Of a stretch of DNA of 53,736 bases, positions 26,699 to 35,805 are shown one piece after another. Under the pieces are notes generated by a model. It saw nothing but the letters and a program-made list of their open reading frames with translations, was not told where the DNA came from and made no database searches. Made by a program: the position numbers and the translations under genes. Source of the DNA: Candidatus Bathyarchaeota archaeon (GTDB lineage: Archaea > Thermoproteota > Bathyarchaeia > 40CM-2-53-6). How positions within the stretch are numbered: position 1 is the first letter of the stretch; the number at the start of each line of letters is the position of its first letter. The stretch lies in assembly GCA_005881615.1 (NCBI GenBank), contig VBBR01000027.1, forward strand, positions 1-53,736, in the 5' to 3' direction.

Positions 26699-27082
26699 CT
26701 ATGCGACTGTAGGGTGCGCTTTCTTAGCCTCGGCTCGAGTCAGAGCGTAGCCGACCGCGCCAATACCAACCACCACCAGTACGACCAGAAGGACGACGGG
26801 TACAAGAGTGAGGGCGATTGTGCCGACGTACCATATGGCTCCGAGGAAAGCTACCATTCCGCCCCATGCGAGGATCATTGATCTTGGGGGAGCGTATCGA
26901 TCGTCAGGACCGGGCAACACCAGGGCTGCGACGATAAGCCAGATCCCGAACACCAAGAAGACCAGCGGTATGCCCGTGAATGGATTAAGGTTCCCAACCC
27001 CGACCAGGGAGAGAAGCATTATTGTACCGAAAACAATGAGGAATATTCCGCCGTTCAGCGGGGCCCATGGAACTCGAGGCAT
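26699..27082 (-). CDS. Small 4-TM membrane protein, hypothetical
   Basis: 127-aa hydrophobic ORF, 3 nt upstream of the methyltransferase gene. Confidence 0.5.
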   Translation of the reverse strand: MPRVPWAPLNGGIFLIVFGTIMLLSLVGVGNLNPFTGIPLVFLVFGIWLIVAALVLPGPDDRYAPPRSMILAWGGMVAFLGAIWYVGTIALTLVPVVLLVVLVVVGIGAVGYALTRAEAKKAHPTVA

Positions 27083-27159
27083 TCTAGATCGTGCTAATCG
27101 AGATGTGATTCCCGTTTATAGTTCTATTGTAATCGGCGGCTCAGGCCAGATAGTGTCTC

Positions 27160-28206
27160 TTAGACGTGATTGTAGACGTTGGACTGCTGGAAGTTTCCTG
27201 AGTTCATGTCCTGCTCGATTTCTCTGAGCATAAGGATTCTCTTGTAGGTGGGCGGATGTGTCATGAAGAGCTGAGCGGCTTTGCGCCAGTTTGACTTTGA
27301 CTCTGCTTCCATGGCCGCCTCTAGCTCTCGTTCGCTGAGGACACCGTCTCTGTCGAGATCATATTTCGACTTCTGATCCATGATGCCGGCGACGTCCTGT
27401 TTTGCCTGGGCGGGGTCTTCGATGAAGAAGGCTCGCGCGCCGTGAGGCTCGCCGGGAGCGAGGGAGAGGCCGTAGGCGATCTTTGTGAGGGCGCTCTCCA
27501 GTTCTCTCGGCTGCTGGGTCAGATAGGCGGAGTATGCGTCTGCGTAGCTCTCTCTGAGACGGGTCAATCGCAACGCGAGCAGGGTTGTAAGGATGTAGAC
27601 CACGTAGGCGACAACGGCCACGATAATCAGGAGTCCTGCGCTGTTGTTCTTGTTGCCGCGGCCGCCGCTGTAGCCGCTGGCAATGCCGCCCCAGAGAACC
27701 GATCGGGCGATAATGTACGCGACTAGAGGAATTGCGCTTATCATGGTTACAACGATAAAGTCGCGATGTTTCACATGGCCTAACTCATGTCCTATGACTC
27801 CTTCGATCTCATTCTCGTCTAGACGCTGTAGAAGACCCTGATGGACGGCTAGGGTAGCGCCTTTGCTGGTCCGGCCGAACACGAACGCGTTGGGTGTTGG
27901 GTCAGGCGAGACTGCGAGCCGGGGCATTGGAATACCTGCCTTCGAGGCGAGCTCGCCGACCTTGGACTCAAGCCAGCGGTTTTCGCCAGGAGCAAGATAG
28001 TGGAGACGACTTGTGAGTCTGACAATCACTGGACCTATCAGGTACTGGAGTAGTATGATGAAGAATGCCCCGACAAGGCCAAATGCTAGTCCGGTGATAG
28101 GGTCGAGGAAGAAAGCGGAGATAACGGTGAGAAGACCGAGGAAGATGGCAAAGACTAGAATGATCGTAAAGCCCATTGTCCGCTTGAGAGCGCCGAGTCC
28201 TGCCAA
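27160..28206 (-). CDS. htpX: M48-family zinc metalloprotease (HtpX-like) with an inserted EF-hand-like loop
   Basis: 348 aa. HELGHVKHRD (HExxH), downstream ESYADAYSA glutamate ligand region and THPPTYKRI. DLDRDGVLSERE lies at 27325-27360. Confidence 0.8.
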   Translation of the reverse strand: MAGLGALKRTMGFTIILVFAIFLGLLTVISAFFLDPITGLAFGLVGAFFIILLQYLIGPVIVRLTSRLHYLAPGENRWLESKVGELASKAGIPMPRLAVSPDPTPNAFVFGRTSKGATLAVHQGLLQRLDENEIEGVIGHELGHVKHRDFIVVTMISAIPLVAYIIARSVLWGGIASGYSGGRGNKNNSAGLLIIVAVVAYVVYILTTLLALRLTRLRESYADAYSAYLTQQPRELESALTKIAYGLSLAPGEPHGARAFFIEDPAQAKQDVAGIMDQKSKYDLDRDGVLSERELEAAMEAESKSNWRKAAQLFMTHPPTYKRILMLREIEQDMNSGNFQQSNVYNHV

Positions 28207-28280
28207 TTCTCTTTCCTCAGAGTTAGAGAGCTTAATTCGGCCTTCATTAATTCTATCCTAGAACAATCGAGGAAGAAACA

Positions 28281-29036
28281 TTGTCAGGCATTGTCTCGGA
28301 GATAAAATGCAAAAACTGTAGCGCACCTCTCAACATGAACCCTGGAGAGATCGTCTCCACATGTCGGTATTGCGGTTACACAGCGGTTGTCGGGGCAGAC
28401 GAGCCGTTTCAGCTTGAACACAGTCTCATCCTCAACAACAACAATGCTGCTAGCGTTGAGAACGCGTTGCGGGACTGGATGAGAGAAGGATTCATGAAAC
28501 CCGGAGACCTCGCAAAAAAGAGCAAGATCCTGTCCTTGGAGGTGCGGTATCTTCCATTCTGGCTGGTCCCAATAGAGGCGGCAAGCACATACGAAGGAGT
28601 GCTTGAGAGAATCTCGCCTCCTTCGCCTCGAAAAGGTGTCATAAACCGGGATTATGACTGGCTGGTGCTGGGCCGCAAGGGCGCGCAGTTTCCAACCCGA
28701 GACTATACAGTCCCGGACACTGGGAAAATTCCGTTCGACTTCAAGAGAATTGATGCCGGAGCGAAGTTCCTCAACAGCGAGATGACTAGTGAGGAGGCAG
28801 TTCAGCATGCAAGAGAGGAAGTGGATGTGAACCAGAGGTTTCTAGCAAAGCAAGAGATCGACCAGATCACGTCTTTCAATACAAACTTCAAGGTGAATAA
28901 ACCGACATACATCCACGCGCCAATCTGGTTCATCACCTACGAGTACAAGGGACGAAGCTACAACGCACTCTTGGACGGAAGCTCAGGAATGGTCTTGCGG
29001 GCGGATATTCCGCAGACGGACTTCAAGATGATCTGA
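28281..29036 (+). CDS. Zinc-ribbon protein of unknown function
   Basis: 251 aa. N-terminal CKNC..13..CRYCG ribbon, then an unrecognised domain of about 200 aa ending IHAPIWFITYEYKGRSYNALLDGSSGMV. Confidence 0.5.
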   Translation: MSGIVSEIKCKNCSAPLNMNPGEIVSTCRYCGYTAVVGADEPFQLEHSLILNNNNAASVENALRDWMREGFMKPGDLAKKSKILSLEVRYLPFWLVPIEAASTYEGVLERISPPSPRKGVINRDYDWLVLGRKGAQFPTRDYTVPDTGKIPFDFKRIDAGAKFLNSEMTSEEAVQHAREEVDVNQRFLAKQEIDQITSFNTNFKVNKPTYIHAPIWFITYEYKGRSYNALLDGSSGMVLRADIPQTDFKMI

Positions 29037-29202
29037 GCCGTTTAGAAACATGCTGATGGCATCTTCATTATCATTGAACGTGCCCGGAAGAATCAAACTC
29101 GGCTGGGAGAAGCAGGCTTCGCTACGAAACGCGTTCCGGAGAAGTACACAGTTATGCGTCACGAAAATGGTCTATTACTCATGACTACGAATAGACGCGA
29201 TA

Positions 29203-29425
29203 GAGACCGTTTCGGTCTCCCCACTCATGCGACGCAAGGGCGAGTCGCTAAGTCCCCCTATTTTTCCAAACGATCACTGTCTAGCGCGCATAATGGGCGA
29301 GACCGGCGGATCAGGGCGCAATCATGGCTTAGGCGGCTCGGCGAAAAACGCGATCGGCCCGAACGAATCTAGGGGTGACCTTGAACTGACCTCCGAGATT
29401 GCGAAACAGGGTTCATTCTAGGCGA
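29203..29425 (+). repeat. Intergenic repeat family, copy B; starts with the hairpin GAGACCG-ttt-CGGTCTC
   Basis: Colinear with 14244-14470 (see copy A). Ends about 35 nt before the thrB start. Confidence 0.75.
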
Positions 29426-29460
29426 TTTGGCCGCTCTTCACAGACCTTCAAAATAGAAAC

Positions 29461-30471
29461 GTGGGTACAAGACCAGTTATTATCGAAGGAGAGCTGAGTC
29501 TCGCACGGGAAATCGGCTACATGGTCCCCGCCAAGGCAGTAAGGGTCGAGGCGTACTGTTCCACAGCCAATCTCGGAGCAGGCTTCGACGTATTCGCACT
29601 GGCACTCAACAAGTTCGTGGACCGGGTGCAAGTCAGGACAACCAATACTAGAACCATCACGATCAAAGCCCGCGGACCATTTGGCAGAGAACTGCCAAGG
29701 GACCCGAACAAGAATTCAGCCGGTCCACCAGCCCGAGCACTGCTCGACAAGAGTGGATTGAACATGGGCATCGAGATAACTCTAGAAAAGAACGTTCCGC
29801 CCGGTCTGGGTCTCGGAAGTAGCGGTGCGACAGCGGCAGCCTGCACTCAAGCAATGAATAATCTACTGCAGCTGGATCTCTCCAGCGACGAACTGGTACA
29901 GACTGCCAGCATAGGAGAAGCCGCCGTCTCAGGAACAGCTCACACTGACAATGTTGGGGCATCCCTTCTCGGAGGATTCGTAATCGCTTACGGAAAACCT
30001 CTCAGAACCGTCTCCGTGAAACCACCGGCCAAACTCTCCGTTGTTGTCGTCTCACCAAAAACTCGACCTCGCAAAAACAAAACAAGTCTCGCTAGAAGCC
30101 TCGTGCCCAAGAAGATAGAGACAGGGAATGCGGTGCTCAATGTTGGACGAGCATCAGCTATCGCGCTCGGTTTCGCCAGAGGAGACCTCGACCTGATCGG
30201 AAGCGGAATGGAAGACGCTATCGCGGAACCTCATAGAGAGAGCCTTGTTCCCGGCTATAGATCAGTGAGGATGATTGCTCTGGCCGCACATGCTAGTGGA
30301 GTAGCGATAAGCGGCGCGGGCCCGAGCATAGTTGCACTCGTTGACAAGACCAAGCACGACCCCAAGAAAATCGGAAGGGTAATGGTCAGAGAGTTCTCGA
30401 AGAACAATGTTGAATCGACATTCTTCGTAACAGGCCCTGCTGGAGCAGCACGCGTAATCCGGAGGGAATAG
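29461..30471 (+). CDS. thrB: Homoserine kinase
   Basis: GHMP kinase motif PPGLGLGSSGATAAA. STANLGAGFDVFALAL at the N-terminus. An alternative ATG lies at 29521. Confidence 0.9.
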   Translation: MGTRPVIIEGELSLAREIGYMVPAKAVRVEAYCSTANLGAGFDVFALALNKFVDRVQVRTTNTRTITIKARGPFGRELPRDPNKNSAGPPARALLDKSGLNMGIEITLEKNVPPGLGLGSSGATAAACTQAMNNLLQLDLSSDELVQTASIGEAAVSGTAHTDNVGASLLGGFVIAYGKPLRTVSVKPPAKLSVVVVSPKTRPRKNKTSLARSLVPKKIETGNAVLNVGRASAIALGFARGDLDLIGSGMEDAIAEPHRESLVPGYRSVRMIALAAHASGVAISGAGPSIVALVDKTKHDPKKIGRVMVREFSKNNVESTFFVTGPAGAARVIRRE

Positions 30472-30476
30472 ATCGA

Positions 30477-31706
30477 TTGTGGCGTTACAAGCTTCAATGC
30501 TTCGAATGCAGGAGAGGCTTCCCCACTCAAGAAGCTGGGTTCAGGTGCAAGACCTGTGGCGGACTACTAGAAGTAATATTCGACCTCGCCGGAAAGAGAG
30601 AACCGGCCTGGAAGAACCGCCAGCTGTCTGTGTGGAAGTACAGAGAGCTTCTACCTGTCGAGAAAGAAGAGTCCATCGTTAGTCTTGCTGAGGGAGGAAC
30701 AGGCCTCCACCATTGCAAACGGCTCGGACGCAAATTCGGACTCAAGAAACTCTATGTCAAGAACGAGGGGGAAAATCCGACTGGCTCATTCAAAGACCGC
30801 GGAATGACCGTCGCGATATCAAAAGCGAGAGACCTGGGTAAGAAGAAGGTCCTCTGCGCCTCAACAGGAAACACGGCAGCCTCCCTAGCCGCATACTCGG
30901 CCAGAGCAGGGATGGAATGCATTGTTCTCATGCCGAAAGGAAAGGTTGCAGAAGGAAAGATGCTCCAGGTGATCATGCACGGAGCGAAGCTCATTCAGGT
31001 CAAAGGAGACTTCGACCAGGCCCTCGAAGTAGCGATGGAGCTGGCTGACCGGAGAAGAGAATTCTATCTGATGAATTCTATCAACCCATTCAGACTTGAG
31101 GGACAGAAGACACTAGCGTTTGAGATTCTTGACCAGCTAGGCAGTAGGGTCCCCGAAGTTGTAATGCTGCCCGTCGGAAATGGTGGCAACATTAGCGCTG
31201 CCTGGAAAGGCTTCTCCGAGTTCCAGCAGCTAAAGATCGTGAAAGATCGACCTAGAATGATCGGGGTTCAGGCCGAGAAAGCCGCCCCCATCGCAAGGGC
31301 CGTCAAAAGTAGACAGAGCAAGATTCACCCAATTCACAATCCCCAAACAATCGCGACAGCCATCCGGATCGGGTCTCCTGTAAACTGGCGCAAAGTCCTA
31401 CGCGCCATAAAGGAATCGAAAGGGACCGCGGAAACGGTAACAGACAGCCAAATCCTTGAAGCCCAAAGGGAGCTAGCGACTCTCGAGGGAATATTCGTAG
31501 AGCCTGCTAGCGCGGCTTCAATTGCGGGCCTGAAGAGACTTTCTGACGAGGGCAGAATGGACCCCTCCGAAACCATCGTCTGCGTGACAACGGGACATGG
31601 TCTGAAAGATCCATCAGTCCTGGAGCGACTGCCAAAATCGCAGACAGGTTACAATCTCGAAATTACCAACGAGTCTCGCTTGGAAGCTCTTGAGCGAATC
31701 CTTTGA
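30477..31706 (+). CDS. thrC: Threonine synthase (with N-terminal Zn ribbon)
   Basis: 409 aa. PLP-lysine motif TGSFKDRG. CFECRR..CKTCGG ribbon. Confidence 0.9.
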   Translation: MWRYKLQCFECRRGFPTQEAGFRCKTCGGLLEVIFDLAGKREPAWKNRQLSVWKYRELLPVEKEESIVSLAEGGTGLHHCKRLGRKFGLKKLYVKNEGENPTGSFKDRGMTVAISKARDLGKKKVLCASTGNTAASLAAYSARAGMECIVLMPKGKVAEGKMLQVIMHGAKLIQVKGDFDQALEVAMELADRRREFYLMNSINPFRLEGQKTLAFEILDQLGSRVPEVVMLPVGNGGNISAAWKGFSEFQQLKIVKDRPRMIGVQAEKAAPIARAVKSRQSKIHPIHNPQTIATAIRIGSPVNWRKVLRAIKESKGTAETVTDSQILEAQRELATLEGIFVEPASAASIAGLKRLSDEGRMDPSETIVCVTTGHGLKDPSVLERLPKSQTGYNLEITNESRLEALERIL

Positions 31707-32719
31707 GAATCATACTCGCTGGCTTCGGAACAGTCGGCCAAGCACTCACAAAGATCCTCCATCAAGACGAACAACGAATAGTACAAGCCTACGGTTTCCG
31801 ACCCCAACTCACTACGATAGTCGACAGCAAAGGATCATGTTTCGACGAGGCAGGCCTCGACATACCTCTTGCATTGAAGACTAAGGAGAAGTACGGGACT
31901 GTAGCAAAGTATCCCGGAAGCGGACGACGCAACGATGACAGTCGCCGCATCATCTCCGATAGTGATGCCGAAGTTGTCGTAGAGACAACTCCCACCAACT
32001 TCAAAGACGGCGAACCAGGATTGTCCAACATCAAAACAGCACTCTCAACCCGAAAACACGTTGTTACAGCCAACAAAGGGCCCTTAGCGTTAGCGATGCC
32101 AGCTCTGCTCGAACTCGCCCGTCATCGAAACCAACAGCTCCGCTTCAGCGGAACGGTAGGCGGAGGAACACCGTTCCTTGACTTCGCCGCAAAATGCATG
32201 CCGGGAGAGAAAATCGCCAATATCAAAGGAATTCTCAACGGAACAACAAACTACATCCTAACAAGAATGGAAAACTCTTCCCTAACATTCCGGAAAGCCC
32301 TAGTTGAGGCACAGAAGAAAGGCTATGCAGAAAAGGACCCGACCAATGATGTCGAAGGGTTTGATACTGCCGCGAAAATAGTAATCATAGCCAACTGGAT
32401 TCTGAACAAAGGATTCAGTCTACGCGACATAGACATAACGGGGATCTCGAAGATCACACCTCAAAGGCTTCGAAAAGCTCAGGCCAACGCCGCCAGAGTC
32501 AAACTCATCGGTAGAATCGAGGAATCGTCTGCCTCTGTACAACCCGAGGACATCTCCGCGGATGATCCTGCCTGTGTCCCTGACGCGCTGAACGCGCTAA
32601 CATTTTCCACAGAGCATGCTGGAGACATAACCCTCATCGGACCTGGAGCAGGAGGCGAAAGAACCGCCAGCGCCATCGTACGAGACCTCGTCAGCATACG
32701 CAAAGAGTACGCACTCTAG
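31703..32719 (+). CDS. hom: Homoserine dehydrogenase
   Basis: 338 aa. ILAGFGTVGQAL Rossmann start, TANKGPLA and GILNGTTNYIL. Confidence 0.9.
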   Translation: MRIILAGFGTVGQALTKILHQDEQRIVQAYGFRPQLTTIVDSKGSCFDEAGLDIPLALKTKEKYGTVAKYPGSGRRNDDSRRIISDSDAEVVVETTPTNFKDGEPGLSNIKTALSTRKHVVTANKGPLALAMPALLELARHRNQQLRFSGTVGGGTPFLDFAAKCMPGEKIANIKGILNGTTNYILTRMENSSLTFRKALVEAQKKGYAEKDPTNDVEGFDTAAKIVIIANWILNKGFSLRDIDITGISKITPQRLRKAQANAARVKLIGRIEESSASVQPEDISADDPACVPDALNALTFSTEHAGDITLIGPGAGGERTASAIVRDLVSIRKEYAL

Positions 32720-32733
32720 AGGAACAAACAGAA

Positions 32734-34131
32734 TTGAAGTTTGTCATGAAATTCGGAGGAACCTCGCTCTCCCGAGCCTCCGAGATGAAAAGCGCGGCAA
32801 GGATTCTCCAGAAACTCTCACCCTCAAACAAGATCGTCGCCGTAGCTTCTGCAATGGGAGAAACAACTAACCAGCTCGCCGAGATCGGCGAACTCGCCAA
32901 GAAGGGAGAACTGAGAATGGCGAGAAAAATCCTCTCAAAGGTTCAAGCCTCGCATCGCAAAATCGTCCCCCTAGTCGCGGGAAGAACCGGGACCGGAGAG
33001 CTCTTAGAGCGGATTGGACAGCTGAACTCCGAGCTCGAACGAACAGTCGAAGGAATCGCACACCTGAGGGAACTTACGCCTAGAAGTCGAGACTATCTCC
33101 TCTCCTTCGGCGAGAGACTGTCAACCCCCATTCTCGCGGCGACAGCGAGCGCAATTGGGTTGAGAGCAAGATCATTCACCGGTGCAGAAGCCGGCATTAC
33201 GACCGATGATAATTTTGGAGAAGCGAAGCCCCTCCTAGAAACTAGCTATCACCAGATTCGACAACGATTGGAACCGTTGTGGAATCGCCGGATTGTTCCG
33301 ATCGTAACAGGGTTCATAGCATCAACAGTTGACGGCAGCGTCACGACGCTAGGACGGGGAGGGTCCGACTACACTGCGGCACTGCTGGGGGCAGCTTTAG
33401 GGGCCGAAGAGATCTGGATCTGGACTGATGTGGACGGATTGATGACTGCAGACCCGAGAATCGTCAAAGACGCAGTTGTACTTGCAAACGTCTCGTTTGG
33501 CGAGGCGCTAGAATTATCATTTTTTGGAGCAAAGATGATGCATCCAAGAGCTCTGCAACCTGCAGCACAGAAGAAGATTCCGGTGCGAATCAAGAACTCA
33601 TCAAGGCCCAGCGGGAACGGGACCCTAGTCTCAGCCAGCGAGTCGCCCAATGGTGGGAAAGTTGTGAAGGCAGTTTCGCTCATCAGGGACGTGGGCATCG
33701 TTACTGTCAGCGGGACTGGAATGATGGGTGCACCCGGAGTTGCCGCTAAAATCTTCCAGACACTCGGGTCAAACAATGTCAACGTGATGATGATATCCCA
33801 AGGATCCTCTGAGGCAACAATATCCTGCGTCGTGGCGAATCGGGAAGTCGACCGCGCGGTGAGAGCGTTACAGCTGGCATTGATGGGCCAGGGATACGTC
33901 GATAGGATAGCCGAAGAGAAGAACGCCTGCGTTATCGCAGTCGTTGGGTCAGGAATGAAAGGAATCCCAGGAGTGGCCGCCAGAATATTCACTGCAGTCG
34001 CAAGACGAAAGGTGAATGTTCGAATGGTGGCACAAGGGTCCTCAGAGTACAACGTATCCTTCGTAGTATCTCACACAGACGGCCCAGAGGCCGTAAGAGC
34101 AATTCATGAAGAATTCAATCTAGGCCGCTGA
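32734..34131 (+). CDS. lysC: Aspartate kinase with two ACT domains
   Basis: 465 aa. VMKFGGTSL, TLGRGGSDYTA, and tandem C-terminal ACT repeats. Confidence 0.9.
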   Translation: MKFVMKFGGTSLSRASEMKSAARILQKLSPSNKIVAVASAMGETTNQLAEIGELAKKGELRMARKILSKVQASHRKIVPLVAGRTGTGELLERIGQLNSELERTVEGIAHLRELTPRSRDYLLSFGERLSTPILAATASAIGLRARSFTGAEAGITTDDNFGEAKPLLETSYHQIRQRLEPLWNRRIVPIVTGFIASTVDGSVTTLGRGGSDYTAALLGAALGAEEIWIWTDVDGLMTADPRIVKDAVVLANVSFGEALELSFFGAKMMHPRALQPAAQKKIPVRIKNSSRPSGNGTLVSASESPNGGKVVKAVSLIRDVGIVTVSGTGMMGAPGVAAKIFQTLGSNNVNVMMISQGSSEATISCVVANREVDRAVRALQLALMGQGYVDRIAEEKNACVIAVVGSGMKGIPGVAARIFTAVARRKVNVRMVAQGSSEYNVSFVVSHTDGPEAVRAIHEEFNLGR

Positions 34132-34145
34132 GTTTCCAGCGTACC

Positions 34146-35234
34146 CTATCGCATAATCGTAACGACATCCTTGTCCACGGGCTTGTGATCGAGACTCACT
34201 CGCTGACCCGTAAATTTCACGCTGGATCCTGAGACGAACGCATACTTTGCCCCCTCTACGAATCGGGGAGAAATCTTCTTGCAGACATCCCTTAGCGTCG
34301 AGCCGGCTGGAAGAATCAGAGGCTTCTCGAAATCCGCATCACCATCAGGACGCTTCAGATAGATACGGATGAAATCGAGCGTCTCCCAGATTCTCTCAGC
34401 GAGAAGGTCCATGTTCAATCCCTTCTCGGCGGATATGGGAACGAAATCTCTCCCGATCTGCTTCTTCGCCGCGGCAAGATATTGCTCGTTCACCAGGTCC
34501 ACCTTGTTCAGGACGACCAGTGAGGGAACGTACCTTCGGTCTCCGGTCAAAACATCAATCAATTGCTCGTCTGTGACGTCTTCCCTTACCAAGATGCCGC
34601 CATTACTGATCCCGTACGCCTCGACTATTCCTTTGACAGTTGCCGGAGAGAGCTTGGTGAGCTTGACGCTTGTGGTGAGAGCTAGTCCTCCCTTATTGCC
34701 TCTCGTGACAACCACATCAGGGGGGTTCTGGTCGATCCGAATACCCATTGCATGAAGCTCATGCTTCAACACTTGTATCTGTCCTGGTTGAAACACGTCC
34801 AAGACCAATAGGACGAGATCTGCGTTCCTTGCAACGGAGAGAACTCTCCTTCCCCTTCCACGGCCGGACGATGCCCCGCTGATTATTCCTGGAAGGTCAA
34901 GGATCTGGATGTCCGCTCCGTTGAGACGGAGAATTCCCGGGACAACGGTGAGGGTTGTGAATGCGTAAGCCGCCACTTTCGACTTGGCGTTCGTCAACCG
35001 GTTCAGAATAGTCGACTTCCCAACACTGGGCAGGCCGATGAGGACGACTGTCGCATCGCCGCCTTTGCGGATCTCGAAAGCCGGGCCTCCACCCTTGGAG
35101 GTGGAGCTTTCCAGCTCCTCGTGCAGCCGTGCGAGCTTGGCTTTGAGCAGGCCGATATGGTGCTCGGTCTTCTTGTTGATCTGAGTCTTCTTCATCTCCT
35201 CCTCTATCTGCTTAATCTTCTCTGGAAGACCCAA
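34146..35234 (-). CDS. DRG/OBG-like GTPase with a TGS domain
   Basis: 362 aa. G1 GLPSVGKSTILN, G3 DLPG and NKVD. C-terminal TGS-like segment. Confidence 0.85.
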   Translation of the reverse strand: MGLPEKIKQIEEEMKKTQINKKTEHHIGLLKAKLARLHEELESSTSKGGGPAFEIRKGGDATVVLIGLPSVGKSTILNRLTNAKSKVAAYAFTTLTVVPGILRLNGADIQILDLPGIISGASSGRGRGRRVLSVARNADLVLLVLDVFQPGQIQVLKHELHAMGIRIDQNPPDVVVTRGNKGGLALTTSVKLTKLSPATVKGIVEAYGISNGGILVREDVTDEQLIDVLTGDRRYVPSLVVLNKVDLVNEQYLAAAKKQIGRDFVPISAEKGLNMDLLAERIWETLDFIRIYLKRPDGDADFEKPLILPAGSTLRDVCKKISPRFVEGAKYAFVSGSSVKFTGQRVSLDHKPVDKDVVTIMR

Positions 35235-35475
35235 CTCCCTCTGCCTCTCTCCTGTATGCCTTCGACAGGGGATTGTGAACCTTGCTTCGAGATGGAAGAA
35301 GTTCTTAGCTCAATGGGTAAGAATCGCGAAAACAGTAGCGATTTGTACGATATTGCCCTAGAAGCCGGTTTTTCCGGTCTTGGATACTATATGAACAGGG
35401 GAAAGGGTATCTAGATTAGAATGGCGAAAACAGGCGCGACCAAGCGATTTTTCCGTCAAGGACACCGGCACTGCC

Positions 35476-35754
35476 ATGGCTGAGAATTGGGTGGACGAAA
35501 GGGACCGGGCAATCCTCGAGACAATCTACTACTGCGAGAATTGCAACATGGTACTAGAACCTGGCGACCTAGACATAGAACGGCACAAGAAAGACCTCCC
35601 TCATCACAAAATGCGTAAGGTCTTCATCGTCCGCTGTGGCCACTGCGGAAACATAGTAACCGACAGCCATGCCCAGTACAGCCCTGAGAGGAACCAGTTC
35701 TGGTGCAAGAATTGCATCGCGGAGACAGGCGTCCAGAACTTCCATGCAACCTAG
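35476..35754 (+). CDS. Small Cys-rich (zinc-binding) protein, hypothetical
   Basis: 92 aa with three CxxC pairs: CENC, CGHC and CKNC. Confidence 0.45.
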   Translation: MAENWVDERDRAILETIYYCENCNMVLEPGDLDIERHKKDLPHHKMRKVFIVRCGHCGNIVTDSHAQYSPERNQFWCKNCIAETGVQNFHAT

Positions 35755-35805
35755 ACGCTTCCTTTATACTCAGCCCGGCCGAATTAGCCTCTTCCGACTC
35801 GGGGT

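Noticed and set aside
29227-29421. 64-aa ORF covering repeat copy B; several A/B differences look synonymous or conservative near the 3' end
   Set aside because: The equivalent frame in copy A is interrupted by TGA and TAG. No start, RBS or family motif supports it. I treat it as non-coding.
29037-29460. The idea that the structured spacer upstream of thrB-thrC-hom-lysC is an amino-acid riboswitch or leader (for example L-box-like)
   Set aside because: The same element occurs next to unrelated genes at 14.3 kb. I could not find the conserved L-box blocks.
29044-29461. TAGAAAC(A/G)TG direct repeats flanking the whole thrB upstream spacer (also TAGAAACACG at 14467), considered as a possible target-site duplication
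   Set aside because: A 7-mer is expected several times by chance in 54 kb. There are no terminal inverted repeats inside the flanks, and the left flank of copy A matches only TAGAA.
33369-34052. 227-aa ORF antisense to lysC (and similarly 11398-12090, which overlaps csl4 and the SPFH gene)
   Set aside because: These are shadow ORFs opposite genes with clear family motifs and have no features of their own.
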